From Leptospira sp. (GTDB taxonomy: Bacteria; Spirochaetota; Leptospiria; Leptospirales; Leptospiraceae), in NCBI GenBank assembly GCA_034439575.1, contig JAWXAQ010000002.1, positions 128,001-192,000 of the forward strand: DNA of 64,000 nt, given 5' to 3'. The first letter of the stretch is position 1, and each line of letters starts with the position of its first letter. Positions 29,981 through 39,930 of this stretch are shown here, piece by piece. The position numbers and the translations under genes are program-made. The notes beneath the pieces are model-generated. The model saw only the letters and a list, made by a program, of their open reading frames with translations. It searched no databases and was not told the DNA's origin.

Positions 29981-30733
29981 TTATTCTTGGAGGCTCCATC
30001 GTTCCCTAAGAGTTTCCTTAGTTAGATTTTCTTTATTTAAAATTTCTTCGAATAACAAACGTTTTGATTTATAATTGGGACTAAAGGGAATTTCTAATCT
30101 TGCTACGGTGAAATTTGTTTTTGGTTCTGAATAGATTGTCAAAAATCTTCTATCAATGCCGTATTGTGACATTAGAATTCCGACTAACGTAATCCCGAGT
30201 CCAGCACCTTCTGTCTCATCGGCGTGTTTTAAAAAAAATTGAGGTAGGCTTTCGAAGTTTTTTGCCAGTTCAAATTTTTCTCGGATTCTTTCTTCTTCTT
30301 TGGGCAGTAATGCAAAATTGTTTGAGACTCTAACGATCAACCTTTCATGGTTTGGTTCGAAAGAGATCTTTGTTTGAATGCGACGCTCTTTCATTTTCTC
30401 TCTGAAATAGGAAAACTTTTGACTAAGGATGCTGGCCTTAAACGATTTCATAAAAGCCTCAGGGGTCGGAGCTATGCCTTCTGCATCCATTTTCATTTCA
30501 TCGTAAACAATACGTTTGATTGCCGCTTTTGTAGAATTCATAACAAATTCTTTACATGCGGTATAGATAAGCTCTGTGAGATCAATTTGATTATGAAATG
30601 TTAATATGGTCCGAATGATGTATTCGAGTTTCTCTTCACCCGAATCATCCAGAAACCTAGTAAAAAATGTAATTTTTCTATCTTTGCTGACACTTGGATC
30701 AACTGAGCTTTTAAATCGTGCGCTTATTGCCAT
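29981..30733 (-). CDS. Hypothetical protein with GHKL/HATPase-like motifs
   Basis: KEFVMNSTKA (N-box-like), VRVSNN, EGAGLGITLV (G2-box-like); no HisKA domain. Confidence 0.6.
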   Translation of the reverse strand: MAISARFKSSVDPSVSKDRKITFFTRFLDDSGEEKLEYIIRTILTFHNQIDLTELIYTACKEFVMNSTKAAIKRIVYDEMKMDAEGIAPTPEAFMKSFKASILSQKFSYFREKMKERRIQTKISFEPNHERLIVRVSNNFALLPKEEERIREKFELAKNFESLPQFFLKHADETEGAGLGITLVGILMSQYGIDRRFLTIYSEPKTNFTVARLEIPFSPNYKSKRLLFEEILNKENLTKETLRERWSLQE

Positions 30734-30819
30734 CTTGTGCCGGATTGAAACAATTATTAATCTTTTAATTAGCAGACGTCAAATAGAAATCCGATTGCCT
30801 ATTTAGATTTGCATTTTCA

Positions 30820-31242
30820 ATGAGTCTAACCAATGTGCATATTTTTTTGCGATCTTACCTTACGTTGTTAGTTCTATTTGTGATCTCTGTTCCTTTATCT
30901 TCGGAAAAGATCCAATGCAATTCTAAACTTTCCGAAGAAGAAAAAATTGAAGCATTGATAAATAGAGTTTCGAAAATAGAAGGAACTTTTATTCGCAATG
31001 GCGAAGAACATAACGCCAGTGAGGCTGCTGATCATTTGCGATTAAAACTTTCAAATGCTAAAAAATCATTCTTTTCCTCTTCTAAAAATTGGACTGCCTT
31101 GCAATTTATAGACCAATTGGCAACGAAATCTTCGCTTTCAGGCATTCCATATGAAATCAAATGGAAAGATGGGAAAAAGATTCTTTCAAGCGTATGGCTT
31201 CATTCGGAATTAAAAAAAATAACCGAGTCTTGCCCTCCTTAA
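30820..31242 (+). CDS. DUF5329/YfeK-like secreted protein
   Basis: FIRNGEEHNASEAADHLRLK, FIDQLATKSSLSGIPY. Confidence 0.8.
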   Translation: MSLTNVHIFLRSYLTLLVLFVISVPLSSEKIQCNSKLSEEEKIEALINRVSKIEGTFIRNGEEHNASEAADHLRLKLSNAKKSFFSSSKNWTALQFIDQLATKSSLSGIPYEIKWKDGKKILSSVWLHSELKKITESCPP

Positions 31243-31293
31243 AATTTTTAAAGTCGACAAAATAAATTCTGACATCATGTTATTGGACTTCAG

Positions 31294-32469
31294 ATGAACA
31301 GAAATTTTTTTCCTCTAATATTTACCTTACTGACATTCCCGATTCTCTCAGAAACTGTCACGGATCGGTTATCGATAGTCACTGATTTCAAAGTTAGGCC
31401 CAGTTTTTATGCTACGGAAAGTCCCTTTTTAGTAGATCGTAATGCATTGGTTTACCTTGGAAAAACCATGAACAGTGATATCGTTGGGATTCATCTTTAT
31501 GAAATAAAATCAAAGAAAAAAATATTTTTAACTCCGCCCATTCGTGAATATTTCACTAAACATTCTGAATTATTGGTTCCAGGTGCTCTTAATTTCAAAG
31601 ATGAACCCTTATCTGTTTATATTTCTGATTTGCTGTTTTTAGATAGGACCACGGGTAAAGCGGGATTTCATATTGAGCATAGTCATTTCAAACTTTCTGA
31701 AAAAAAATATTTCTTTGCCGTTTGGGATATCAACTCAAATGAAATTGAGTTTGTAAAAGAAATATATACTCGCAATGCATCAAATGAAAATAGTTATTCA
31801 ATAGCCGGTAATATCGGATTTGACCCTCATGAAGAAGCAGGATATTTTTCATATGGCATTGATGCCAATATGAAAGAAAAAGGTGTAGATGATGTTAATA
31901 TTCGAATATTCAGATATAAAAATGGTTCTTTAGACGAACTACATTCTTATTTCACAAAATGGTTTCCTTACAATAGCATTTTCCATTTTGAAAAAGGAAA
32001 AATCCTGATTCAAAGTTATTCGGAGATTCACGAATCACCCAAACCAGAAGGAAGAATTTTTGATATTAAATCTTCCCAATTCGTTCAGGTCTCGATTCCG
32101 GTTGTAAGTTATGGAGCCGTATTTTCTAAAGATGGGGAAAAAATTTATCTCACATCCGCCCAAACGGGAGAGATACAGGTTTTAGATGCTAACACAGGCA
32201 AAATATTGAAAAAAGGAAAATTGGGAACTCATGGACACACTATGGGATTTTGGAAAGAATCCGAATTGTTGTGGGTTAGAAATTCAGGGATTCATATTTA
32301 TGATCCTGTGACTCTCAAACAGAAAAAAGTGATTCCCACTTCAAAATTTTTCAAAGGACATGTGAACGTTTCTGGATCCTTTGTGATCCCTTATGATTCA
32401 CTACTCGTGCACAATGGATTTGAAGGTCCAGATGGAGCCGCAGGTATGTTGTTTTTATCACCAGACTAA
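31294..32469 (+). CDS. Secreted hypothetical protein, probable beta-propeller (YncE/YVTN-like)
   Basis: Signal peptide; repeats like AVFSKDGEKIYLT...IQVLDANTGKILK, IHIYDPVTLKQKKVI. Confidence 0.6.
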   Translation: MNRNFFPLIFTLLTFPILSETVTDRLSIVTDFKVRPSFYATESPFLVDRNALVYLGKTMNSDIVGIHLYEIKSKKKIFLTPPIREYFTKHSELLVPGALNFKDEPLSVYISDLLFLDRTTGKAGFHIEHSHFKLSEKKYFFAVWDINSNEIEFVKEIYTRNASNENSYSIAGNIGFDPHEEAGYFSYGIDANMKEKGVDDVNIRIFRYKNGSLDELHSYFTKWFPYNSIFHFEKGKILIQSYSEIHESPKPEGRIFDIKSSQFVQVSIPVVSYGAVFSKDGEKIYLTSAQTGEIQVLDANTGKILKKGKLGTHGHTMGFWKESELLWVRNSGIHIYDPVTLKQKKVIPTSKFFKGHVNVSGSFVIPYDSLLVHNGFEGPDGAAGMLFLSPD

Positions 32470-32499
32470 ATAAATTTTTGAAATTCAAATATTAGCCTA

Positions 32500-33483
32500 A
32501 TGGCAGTTATCGATAAGTTTTTTAGTAAAGGTAGGATTTTATTTTACCTACTTGCGATTTTCATCTTTTTTCTCATCGGAATTTCCTTTTCTATTTTCAG
32601 ATGGAATATTCTAAATCCATTAAAGGAACATAAGTTAAATATTAACAATTTAGATCGCAAATTCTATTTCCATGTACCGAAACATTTAAAACACAATTCA
32701 AAGTTAATCTTTGTGCTTCATGGTTCAACTATGACTGCTACTCAAATGCAATTGGTGACTGGCCATCAATTTGATAAAATAGCAGATGAGAAAGAGGATA
32801 GCATTATTGTTTATCCGCAAGGATACAAAAAGTATTGGAATGATTGCCGCAAGTCAGCCTTGACAGAGTCAAAAAAAGCAAATTTGGATGAAGTCCTCTT
32901 TTTTCAAGAGATGATTTCTTTCTTTGAAAATAATTATCAAATTGATAGTAGTAAAGTTTTTATTACAGGTTTTTCAAATGGAGGTCATATGACTTTTAAA
33001 TTAGCGATGGAACATCCTTCCTTATTTAAAGGTTATGCGGTCATATCTGCCAATTTACCAGTTTCTATAAACAATGATTGTTCTGAATCAAAAAAACCAG
33101 TTTCAATACTTGTCGTTAATGGGACAAGTGATCCAGTAAATCCATATAGCGGTGGAAAGGTGGTCGTTGGGGATGGGATAGATCGTGGGGAAGTTTTATC
33201 CACTGAGGAAACTATGAAATATTGGCTCCATTTAACGAAATGTAAATTGGATGGGGAAGACGAATTGCCAGATATAGAAGAATCAGATCATTCCCAAGCG
33301 AAACTCATTCGGTACAATTGTCCTTCTTCTAAGGTTCAATTAAAGCAAATCAAAATTTTGAATGGAGGTCATAACATTCCAAATCCTACTTTTTTTCTAT
33401 GGCCTACAAAACTATTAGGAAACGTAAATGAAGACTTAAACGTTCCTGAAATCATTATGAATTTTTTCTATGAATTAAATTGA
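32500..33483 (+). CDS. Esterase, PHB-depolymerase/LpqC family
   Basis: FVLHGS, IVYPQG...WND, TGFSNGG, NGTSDP, GGH. Confidence 0.88.
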   Translation: MAVIDKFFSKGRILFYLLAIFIFFLIGISFSIFRWNILNPLKEHKLNINNLDRKFYFHVPKHLKHNSKLIFVLHGSTMTATQMQLVTGHQFDKIADEKEDSIIVYPQGYKKYWNDCRKSALTESKKANLDEVLFFQEMISFFENNYQIDSSKVFITGFSNGGHMTFKLAMEHPSLFKGYAVISANLPVSINNDCSESKKPVSILVVNGTSDPVNPYSGGKVVVGDGIDRGEVLSTEETMKYWLHLTKCKLDGEDELPDIEESDHSQAKLIRYNCPSSKVQLKQIKILNGGHNIPNPTFFLWPTKLLGNVNEDLNVPEIIMNFFYELN

Positions 33484-33512
33484 TCAACTGTATATTGTAG
33501 AAGAATTCAAGA

Positions 33513-34634
33513 ATGAAAATCAATAATTTATTTATCAATTTTGTAGTCGCTTTTATGATTGGAAATTGTTGTTTTCCTTCAAAATATCCTGTAAAAGGTA
33601 CATTTCATTTTCATGACATAGAAACGACAGTTGATTCAGAGATTGCAAAATACTATTTGGAAGTTTATCTAAGTGGGCATAGAACAAATCAAAAATTTGA
33701 TGAATTGATTGATTCAATCAATTTAAAATATCAAAATTCCATTCCAAACCGTGATCGTCTAAATCTAATTTCAAAATTAACTTCTGTGGATTTTGCAGCC
33801 ATCTATTTTGCGGATACCGTTTTAAAAGAACGTGAAAATGATGATTTGCAGAGAGAATTTTTATCTCATTTAGCTACAGTTAAGTTAGAAACTATACAAT
33901 TTCCGAAAAAAAATTATGTGATTCTTTTAGTTCCTGGCTTTGACTATGTTGAGAATAGTCATATAACAGGTGCAGATTTTGCGAAGCCGATCGCCCTACT
34001 TAGAAAATCTGGATTTAACGTTCGATTTGTTGCTATTGATCCGATTGGAAGTGTAGAAGAAAATGCTCACTTTATCGCCAATTTTATAAAAAATGAACCT
34101 TCCGATAAAATCCTAATTGCTGGTGCAAGTTCGGCAGGCCCAGCTATTCATTTGAGTTTAGGAAATTATCTTACAAATAAAGAAACGAATCGTGTGCGGG
34201 CATGGTTAAATTTAGGAGGAATTCTCCAAGGTGTGCCAGTTTTAGACCAATTTTCCAAAGGGTTTAAAGGTAAGTTTTTTGATTTTATCATTTGGTTGAA
34301 AAGTTGGCGTAAAGAAAGTTTTGATAGTATGCGAATGGAGGTGAGTCAAAAAAGATTTGAATCAAATATATTAGCGAAACATATATTAGTAATCAATTAT
34401 ATAGGAATGTCATTGTCTGGAAATATTTCAAAATTTGCTTCCGATAAATATTGTTTGATGCGTGATGATGGTCCAAACGACGGTTTGTCCCTTTTGCCTG
34501 ATTTGTTAGCCCCAGATTCAATGACCATTTTCGCTCCCAAGAGTGACCATTTTTTTGCGGAAGATCCAGAGATAGATCAAAAAACCGTAGCCTTACTTAA
34601 AATAATTTTAGTTAAATTAGAAAAAGGAAAATAA
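33513..34634 (+). CDS. Hypothetical lipoprotein, alpha/beta hydrolase-like
   Basis: Lipobox-like IGNC; LLVPGF, AGASSAG, NDGL, SDHFF. Confidence 0.6.
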   Translation: MKINNLFINFVVAFMIGNCCFPSKYPVKGTFHFHDIETTVDSEIAKYYLEVYLSGHRTNQKFDELIDSINLKYQNSIPNRDRLNLISKLTSVDFAAIYFADTVLKERENDDLQREFLSHLATVKLETIQFPKKNYVILLVPGFDYVENSHITGADFAKPIALLRKSGFNVRFVAIDPIGSVEENAHFIANFIKNEPSDKILIAGASSAGPAIHLSLGNYLTNKETNRVRAWLNLGGILQGVPVLDQFSKGFKGKFFDFIIWLKSWRKESFDSMRMEVSQKRFESNILAKHILVINYIGMSLSGNISKFASDKYCLMRDDGPNDGLSLLPDLLAPDSMTIFAPKSDHFFAEDPEIDQKTVALLKIILVKLEKGK

Positions 34635-34636
34635 CT

Positions 34637-35263
34637 ATGACCGAGCCCGATCAAAAATCAAATCATTGGAATCATGTATATTCTACAAAGGAATCAAATG
34701 AAGTGAGTTGGACACAAGAAATACCCTCAACTTCTTTGAATTTTTTTAAACAATCAAATTTATCAAAGGATGCTAAGATCATTGATGTAGGTGCTGGTGA
34801 TAGCAAATTTGTGGATTTTTTAATAGCAGATGGATATCAAAATATCACCTTACTTGATATTAGCGAAATGGCCCTTCAAAAAACCAAAAATCGCCTCGGT
34901 AAAAATGCAGATAAAATAAGATGGATTGTAAGTGATATCACCAAGGCAGAGTTAGATGAAAGATATGATTTTTGGCATGATAGGGCTACGTTTCATTTTT
35001 TAACAAAGATTGATGAGGTAAACACTTATCTTGAGAAAGTAAACAACTCATTGAAGGTAAATGGTGTGCTTGCCATGGGAACTTTCAGTGAAAATGGACC
35101 AACTAAATGCAGTGGGCTTGAGATAAAGCAATATAGCGAATTAGAACTTTCACGGACATTAGATAGCAATTTTAAAAAATTGAAATGTATAAATGAGGAT
35201 CATATCACCCCATTTAATACAAATCAAAATTTTCTTTTCTGCAGTTTTGAAAAAGTATCTTAA
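34637..35263 (+). CDS. Class I SAM-dependent methyltransferase (TPMT-like)
   Basis: HWNHVY, IIDVGAGDS, LDIS, WHDRATFHFL, GPTKCSGL. Confidence 0.9.
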   Translation: MTEPDQKSNHWNHVYSTKESNEVSWTQEIPSTSLNFFKQSNLSKDAKIIDVGAGDSKFVDFLIADGYQNITLLDISEMALQKTKNRLGKNADKIRWIVSDITKAELDERYDFWHDRATFHFLTKIDEVNTYLEKVNNSLKVNGVLAMGTFSENGPTKCSGLEIKQYSELELSRTLDSNFKKLKCINEDHITPFNTNQNFLFCSFEKVS

Positions 35264-35282
35264 ATTACTTAAACTTCAAAAT

Positions 35283-36137
35283 TTATTTTTTTATCCAAGA
35301 ATCTTTGTGATCTTTTGCATACTGATCAAATTTAATAGGACTTTTACTCGTTATTTTTTGCACAGAATCTGTGATAGGCGAGGCATGGCCTTCTCTGAGA
35401 GCACTGGCAATATAATTCATAAAGTCTGCATAATCATTGGAAAGACCGGCATTCACTAGAGATTTTTTAAAATCATCGGGTGTGATGTTCACATATTCAA
35501 TGTTTGTTCCAATTTCTTTGGAAATAATTTCACTAACTTGTTTATGAGTCAATGTTTCGCTTCCAGTCAATGCAAAGGCTTGGTTTTTGAATTCATCCTT
35601 CGTTAATAAATGAACTGCCACATTCGAAATATCTCTAGTGTCGATAAAACTAGTGACAGCATCACCACCAGGGAAATACAATTTTTGATCTGCGAGAATT
35701 CCTGCGATCCAATACGTATTGAAGTTTTGCATAAACCAATTGGGACGAATGATATTCCAGTTCAGCCCTGAATTTTCTAACATAAGCTCAGTTTTGCGAA
35801 AAGGTGCTTCAGCTGGTGCGTGTTCTACGCCCATAGCAGTCATCAAAACTACTTTTTTTAGTTTCACATCAATAGCTTTTTGGAACCAAGGGGAAAGAAT
35901 CACAAATTGGTCAGTTAAACCAGGAGGAGATAGGAAAAATGCCGCATCCATCTTTTCTAAGATTTCCGCACCTTGTCCTGGAACCAATGCGTCAGCTTTC
36001 ACCCATGTAACTCCCTTAATTGAATTGCCCTTATCTGGATGTCTCGTGCCAGCAAAGACCTCGTGACCTAAATTTGATAAACCTGTAACAATATTATGGC
36101 CAATACTTCCTGTGGCACCGAATACGAATATTTTCAT
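35283..36137 (-). CDS. NmrA-like / atypical SDR NAD(P)H-binding oxidoreductase
   Basis: VFGATGSIG, IIRPNWFMQN, FIDTRDI. Confidence 0.9.
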   Translation of the reverse strand: MKIFVFGATGSIGHNIVTGLSNLGHEVFAGTRHPDKGNSIKGVTWVKADALVPGQGAEILEKMDAAFFLSPPGLTDQFVILSPWFQKAIDVKLKKVVLMTAMGVEHAPAEAPFRKTELMLENSGLNWNIIRPNWFMQNFNTYWIAGILADQKLYFPGGDAVTSFIDTRDISNVAVHLLTKDEFKNQAFALTGSETLTHKQVSEIISKEIGTNIEYVNITPDDFKKSLVNAGLSNDYADFMNYIASALREGHASPITDSVQKITSKSPIKFDQYAKDHKDSWIKK

Positions 36138-36256
36138 ACTAACTCCTAATGTGAATCCTAGTATATCAGTCTTTTTTAGACTGTCTATGGCTTATAGTCT
36201 TTAAATTATATCCAAAAGTATATTTGTGTAGACGAATTATTGGCAAATTTCGAAAT

Positions 36257-37159
36257 ATGAGTATGGATATCCTATCAGAGATACTTGAAGCGGCAGATTG
36301 GAAAAATGACTTACTGGCAAGGGACAAACTTTATGAATCTTGGGGTTACCGTTTTCCCTGCGATCGAAGTGGGGGGTTTCATGTAATCACGCAAGGTTCT
36401 TGTTATGCGAGATTTTTGGGAAATGAAATTCATTTACAGAAAGGGGATTTGCTTTTTATCACAAGAGGCATTCCACATGAACTTGTTTCTGAACCAAACG
36501 CAAAAGTTATGGAGATCCAAAGATTTAACGAACATAAAAATTTTTTAGATAAAAAAGGACATGCCGTCACAACATTTGTATCAGTTCGTTATGAAGTTCC
36601 TACTCGACCGCAACATCCATTTTTCCAAGAACTACCACCATTTATCCTGATTCCTTCTAATGACATAGAAGCTCATCATTCTTTACATTCTGTCATTACT
36701 ATGATTTCAAAGGAGATGGAGCAGGACTTATGTTCTGATTTGATTTTACAAAAACTTACAGACATTATGTTGTATTATATGATACGTTATTGGATGGAAA
36801 AAAACCCTAGCTCCAAACCTGGCTGGCTTATGGCACTAAGGGATCCAATTGTGATTCGTGCATTGGAAGTTTTGCATAAAAATCCTAGTTATGAATGGAC
36901 GATTGAGAATCTTGGAAAAAATTTAGGAATTTCAAGAGCCAACCTTGCCAATCGATTTAAAGAATTATTACAAATTCCACCTATGGAATATTTGGCGAGG
37001 ATTCGTATGGAGAAAGCAAGAGAACTATTTCAAAAAGGAGAAACCACATTGGAAGAAGTTTCTCTCGCTGTTGGCTATTCCTCAGCCTTCTCATTTTCGA
37101 AAGCATATAAAAGAATTTATGGATCTTCGCCAGCTCGTGAATGGAAAAAAGTTAGTTGA
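36257..37159 (+). CDS. AraC-family transcriptional regulator with N-terminal cupin
   Basis: MDILSEIL, FHVITQGSC cupin; C-term double HTH (WTIENL...SRANLANRF; VGYSSAFSFSKAYK). Divergent from NmrA gene. Confidence 0.93.
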   Translation: MSMDILSEILEAADWKNDLLARDKLYESWGYRFPCDRSGGFHVITQGSCYARFLGNEIHLQKGDLLFITRGIPHELVSEPNAKVMEIQRFNEHKNFLDKKGHAVTTFVSVRYEVPTRPQHPFFQELPPFILIPSNDIEAHHSLHSVITMISKEMEQDLCSDLILQKLTDIMLYYMIRYWMEKNPSSKPGWLMALRDPIVIRALEVLHKNPSYEWTIENLGKNLGISRANLANRFKELLQIPPMEYLARIRMEKARELFQKGETTLEEVSLAVGYSSAFSFSKAYKRIYGSSPAREWKKVS

Positions 37160-37979
37160 GAAGTTTCCATTGGTTCGTAGCGATGCTTTCTTTGACCTTG
37201 GACAAAATATCTTTTCGTGTTTCGAAATCAATCCCCGCGCGATAAATTTCTGCTACTTTACGAATTTGATTCGATTCAAAGAGGAGAGGTTTTATTTTCC
37301 ATTCGCCATTGTCTTTTAATTTTTCAGACAAGGACAAATAGGCATTGATGCGTTTACTTTTTTGCGAATAAAAAATTCTATTTTTGCACCGACAAGGATT
37401 GGAAGGGGAACTTAATCCACAATGTTTTCCAAGAAATTCATCCATTTGTGCTCTCGCTCGTGAGAGTTTTTTCCTATAATTCGAATCTGAAATATTCATA
37501 ATCCAGGCACCTTCTTCCCCCGAAACAGAGAATACTTCCCCCAAAAGAAATGCGATACGATAAGACCTGGTCAAACATAATAGTATAGCATGTGTGCAAG
37601 CAGCTTGTACATGAAGTGCCAAGTAGCGCGTGTTATCTGAATCATCTTCATTTAAAACATTTGTCTTTTGGAGCTCTGCTTCTACCTTACGGAAGTTAAC
37701 ATGATTAGTTTCCATATGACTTTTTTTAAAATTGATAAGGTGGTTTGCGGCTATTCGATAAACCCAAGTAGATAATTTACTTTCACGTCGAAACCCACCT
37801 AAGTTAGTGATGACTTTAATTAAAATTTCTTGGGTGGCATCTTCTGCATCCTCAGGATTCCATAAAAATTTTAAGGAAAGGGCAAAAACTTTTGGCTGAA
37901 AAATTTTTACAAATTCTTCAAAAGATTTGCCATTTCCTTTCAGGCATCCATCTAACAAAAGTAGGTGGGGATCATCCAT
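37152..37979 (-). CDS. ECF RNA polymerase sigma factor with Cys-rich C-terminal extension
   Basis: DAEDATQE, LSTWVYRIAAN (sigma2), YRKKLSRAR (sigma4), tail HCGLSSPSNPCRC. Confidence 0.9.
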   Translation of the reverse strand: MDDPHLLLLDGCLKGNGKSFEEFVKIFQPKVFALSLKFLWNPEDAEDATQEILIKVITNLGGFRRESKLSTWVYRIAANHLINFKKSHMETNHVNFRKVEAELQKTNVLNEDDSDNTRYLALHVQAACTHAILLCLTRSYRIAFLLGEVFSVSGEEGAWIMNISDSNYRKKLSRARAQMDEFLGKHCGLSSPSNPCRCKNRIFYSQKSKRINAYLSLSEKLKDNGEWKIKPLLFESNQIRKVAEIYRAGIDFETRKDILSKVKESIATNQWKLLN

Positions 37980-38354
37980 TTATTTCTTATTTGCTAATAT
38001 AGTTACGATCAGAGCAATCAATGCAGGTGCCCCTTGCGTAAAAAGAATAGAAAACTTTGCTGTCGCCGAACCAAAAATAGCTGCAACGACGATACAAATC
38101 AGAAAGAAGAGTATGGTTTGGTATTTTTGGTTGGCATCATTAATAAAAAACAGTGCCCAGATGAGTCCTGCCGCTAGAAATCCATTGTAAAGACCTTGGT
38201 TTTTCGCGAGAGTTGCTGTAATGGCAGCTGTTTCAGGTGTGAGAAGAAAGGTTTTCATTCCAAACTCGGTTTGCCACAAAAACATTTCCAATACGAGTAT
38301 AAACACATGCTCAACGGCTACGATTCCGACTAAGATTAGGGAAGCTAAATTCAT
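37980..38354 (-). CDS. DUF1304-family membrane protein
   Basis: EHVFILVLEMFLW, LAKNQGLYNGFLAAGL. Confidence 0.9.
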   Translation of the reverse strand: MNLASLILVGIVAVEHVFILVLEMFLWQTEFGMKTFLLTPETAAITATLAKNQGLYNGFLAAGLIWALFFINDANQKYQTILFFLICIVVAAIFGSATAKFSILFTQGAPALIALIVTILANKK

Positions 38355-38379
38355 TTGAATCTCCTATATAACACTTTCA

Positions 38380-38405
38380 GACAACGGAGATTCTACTTTG
38401 TGACA
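38380..38405 (-). promoter_or_regulatory. Putative ECF-type promoter for DUF1304-sigma operon
   Basis: Minus strand TGTCACA-N15-TGTC, followed by AGGAG RBS and ATG. Confidence 0.55.
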
Positions 38406-38430
38406 AATTATTGCAATTTTTTTATCGCAT

Positions 38431-39861
38431 TCATTTCATTTTTCGTATCGCACTTTCGTAGACAGCTTCGTATTCGCTCACTCGTTTTTCCCATCCCCAG
38501 TCAAGTTTCATAATACGCTCTATAGTTTCTGAGAGCTTTTTGGGATTTTGGAAGAGAGTATTGGCTCGTTCCAAGGCATAACCAAGCGATGAAATATCAT
38601 TTGGTTCAAAAACGATTCCCGTATATTCGCCATCTAACGGAGATTCGGAGACTGTATCTCGCAGTCCTCCGACTCTCGAGACAATTGGAACCGCTCCATA
38701 AGCATGGCTGTACAATTGATTGAGTCCACAAGGTTCAAATAAGGAAGGCATTAGAAAAAAATCACTCGCGGCTTCTATATGTCGCGCAAACTCTTCACTA
38801 TAACCTTTATAAAAAAAGATCCGATTTTGTTCGTTATGTGATAAATGGAATAATTCGTTTTGTAACGATTCTTCACCAGCACCTAAAAAAATATAAAAAT
38901 GAGGGAGATGAATCCTTTCTTTGAAAGCTTTAATGAAATTTGCATAACCTTTTTGGTATGTGAGTCTACCTATGATTCCGATTAGCGGGCGATTGCTGTC
39001 TATCCAAGGACGATTTATTTCTTTATATAGGGCTATTTTGTTATTCAATTTCCCTTCAGTAAAATTTTTAACTGAATAAGGAAAGGGTAATCGCTTATCT
39101 CCGTCAGGGTTCCATTCCTCTCGATCAATGCCATTGATGATACCCGTATAGTCGGATTCTCTTTTCCTGAGCAAACTGGATAGACCAAAACCATTTATAT
39201 CAATCAAAGTTTCGTTACGATATCCCGGGCTAACTGTTGTAATCTGGTTTGCCGAAACAAGACCTGATTTCATATAATTTGTTTTGCCATCATGTAAATA
39301 GGCTTCAGGGTATAAAAAAAATGGTTCATCTTTCAAAAACCCAGTCATCCACAGAGGATGGTCACCTTGGTATGCTAAATTATGAATCGTGAAAACTGTA
39401 GGTTTTCCAAAAGGTGAGACTTTGTGAAGTGCGCAAGATAAAGCTGTATGCCAATCATGTGCATGAAAGACATCTACATCTAATTGGCGACTTAGCGCAA
39501 AACAAGCGTAAGAATAAATGGCAAAACGAAAATGTTCGTCACTATTGGCATAAATCGAAGTTAGGTCACGAAAAAGGGGGGAATCAAAAAAGTAGAGTTT
39601 GACCTTCCCGTATTCAGCCTCCAAAAATTGGGAGTCGGAAAGCAGGGCCATAACTGGGTTTGATTTTGCCGACGAATGAGAAAAAATGGGAATTATGTTT
39701 CCTGTAAATTTGGGATTTTCCTTTAATCCTGAGATCAGAGGCAAACAAACAGAGACATCATGCTTTTTGGCCTGTTCTTTGGAAAAAGAGGAGAGCATAT
39801 CCGACAATCCACCCATTTTGATAAAGGGAAAATATTCGGCTGTAGCGTGAAGAATCTTCAT
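38431..39861 (-). CDS. glgA: Glycogen synthase
   Basis: KMGGLSD, HAHDWH, FTIHNLAYQG, MPSLFEPCGLNQLY, VGGLRDTV. Confidence 0.95.
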   Translation of the reverse strand: MKILHATAEYFPFIKMGGLSDMLSSFSKEQAKKHDVSVCLPLISGLKENPKFTGNIIPIFSHSSAKSNPVMALLSDSQFLEAEYGKVKLYFFDSPLFRDLTSIYANSDEHFRFAIYSYACFALSRQLDVDVFHAHDWHTALSCALHKVSPFGKPTVFTIHNLAYQGDHPLWMTGFLKDEPFFLYPEAYLHDGKTNYMKSGLVSANQITTVSPGYRNETLIDINGFGLSSLLRKRESDYTGIINGIDREEWNPDGDKRLPFPYSVKNFTEGKLNNKIALYKEINRPWIDSNRPLIGIIGRLTYQKGYANFIKAFKERIHLPHFYIFLGAGEESLQNELFHLSHNEQNRIFFYKGYSEEFARHIEAASDFFLMPSLFEPCGLNQLYSHAYGAVPIVSRVGGLRDTVSESPLDGEYTGIVFEPNDISSLGYALERANTLFQNPKKLSETIERIMKLDWGWEKRVSEYEAVYESAIRKMK

Positions 39862-39930
39862 ATTCTGTTATTGACACCGACTCATAATTTAAGAAGCTAG
39901 AAAAACACTATTTGAAATCAGGAGCGATCC

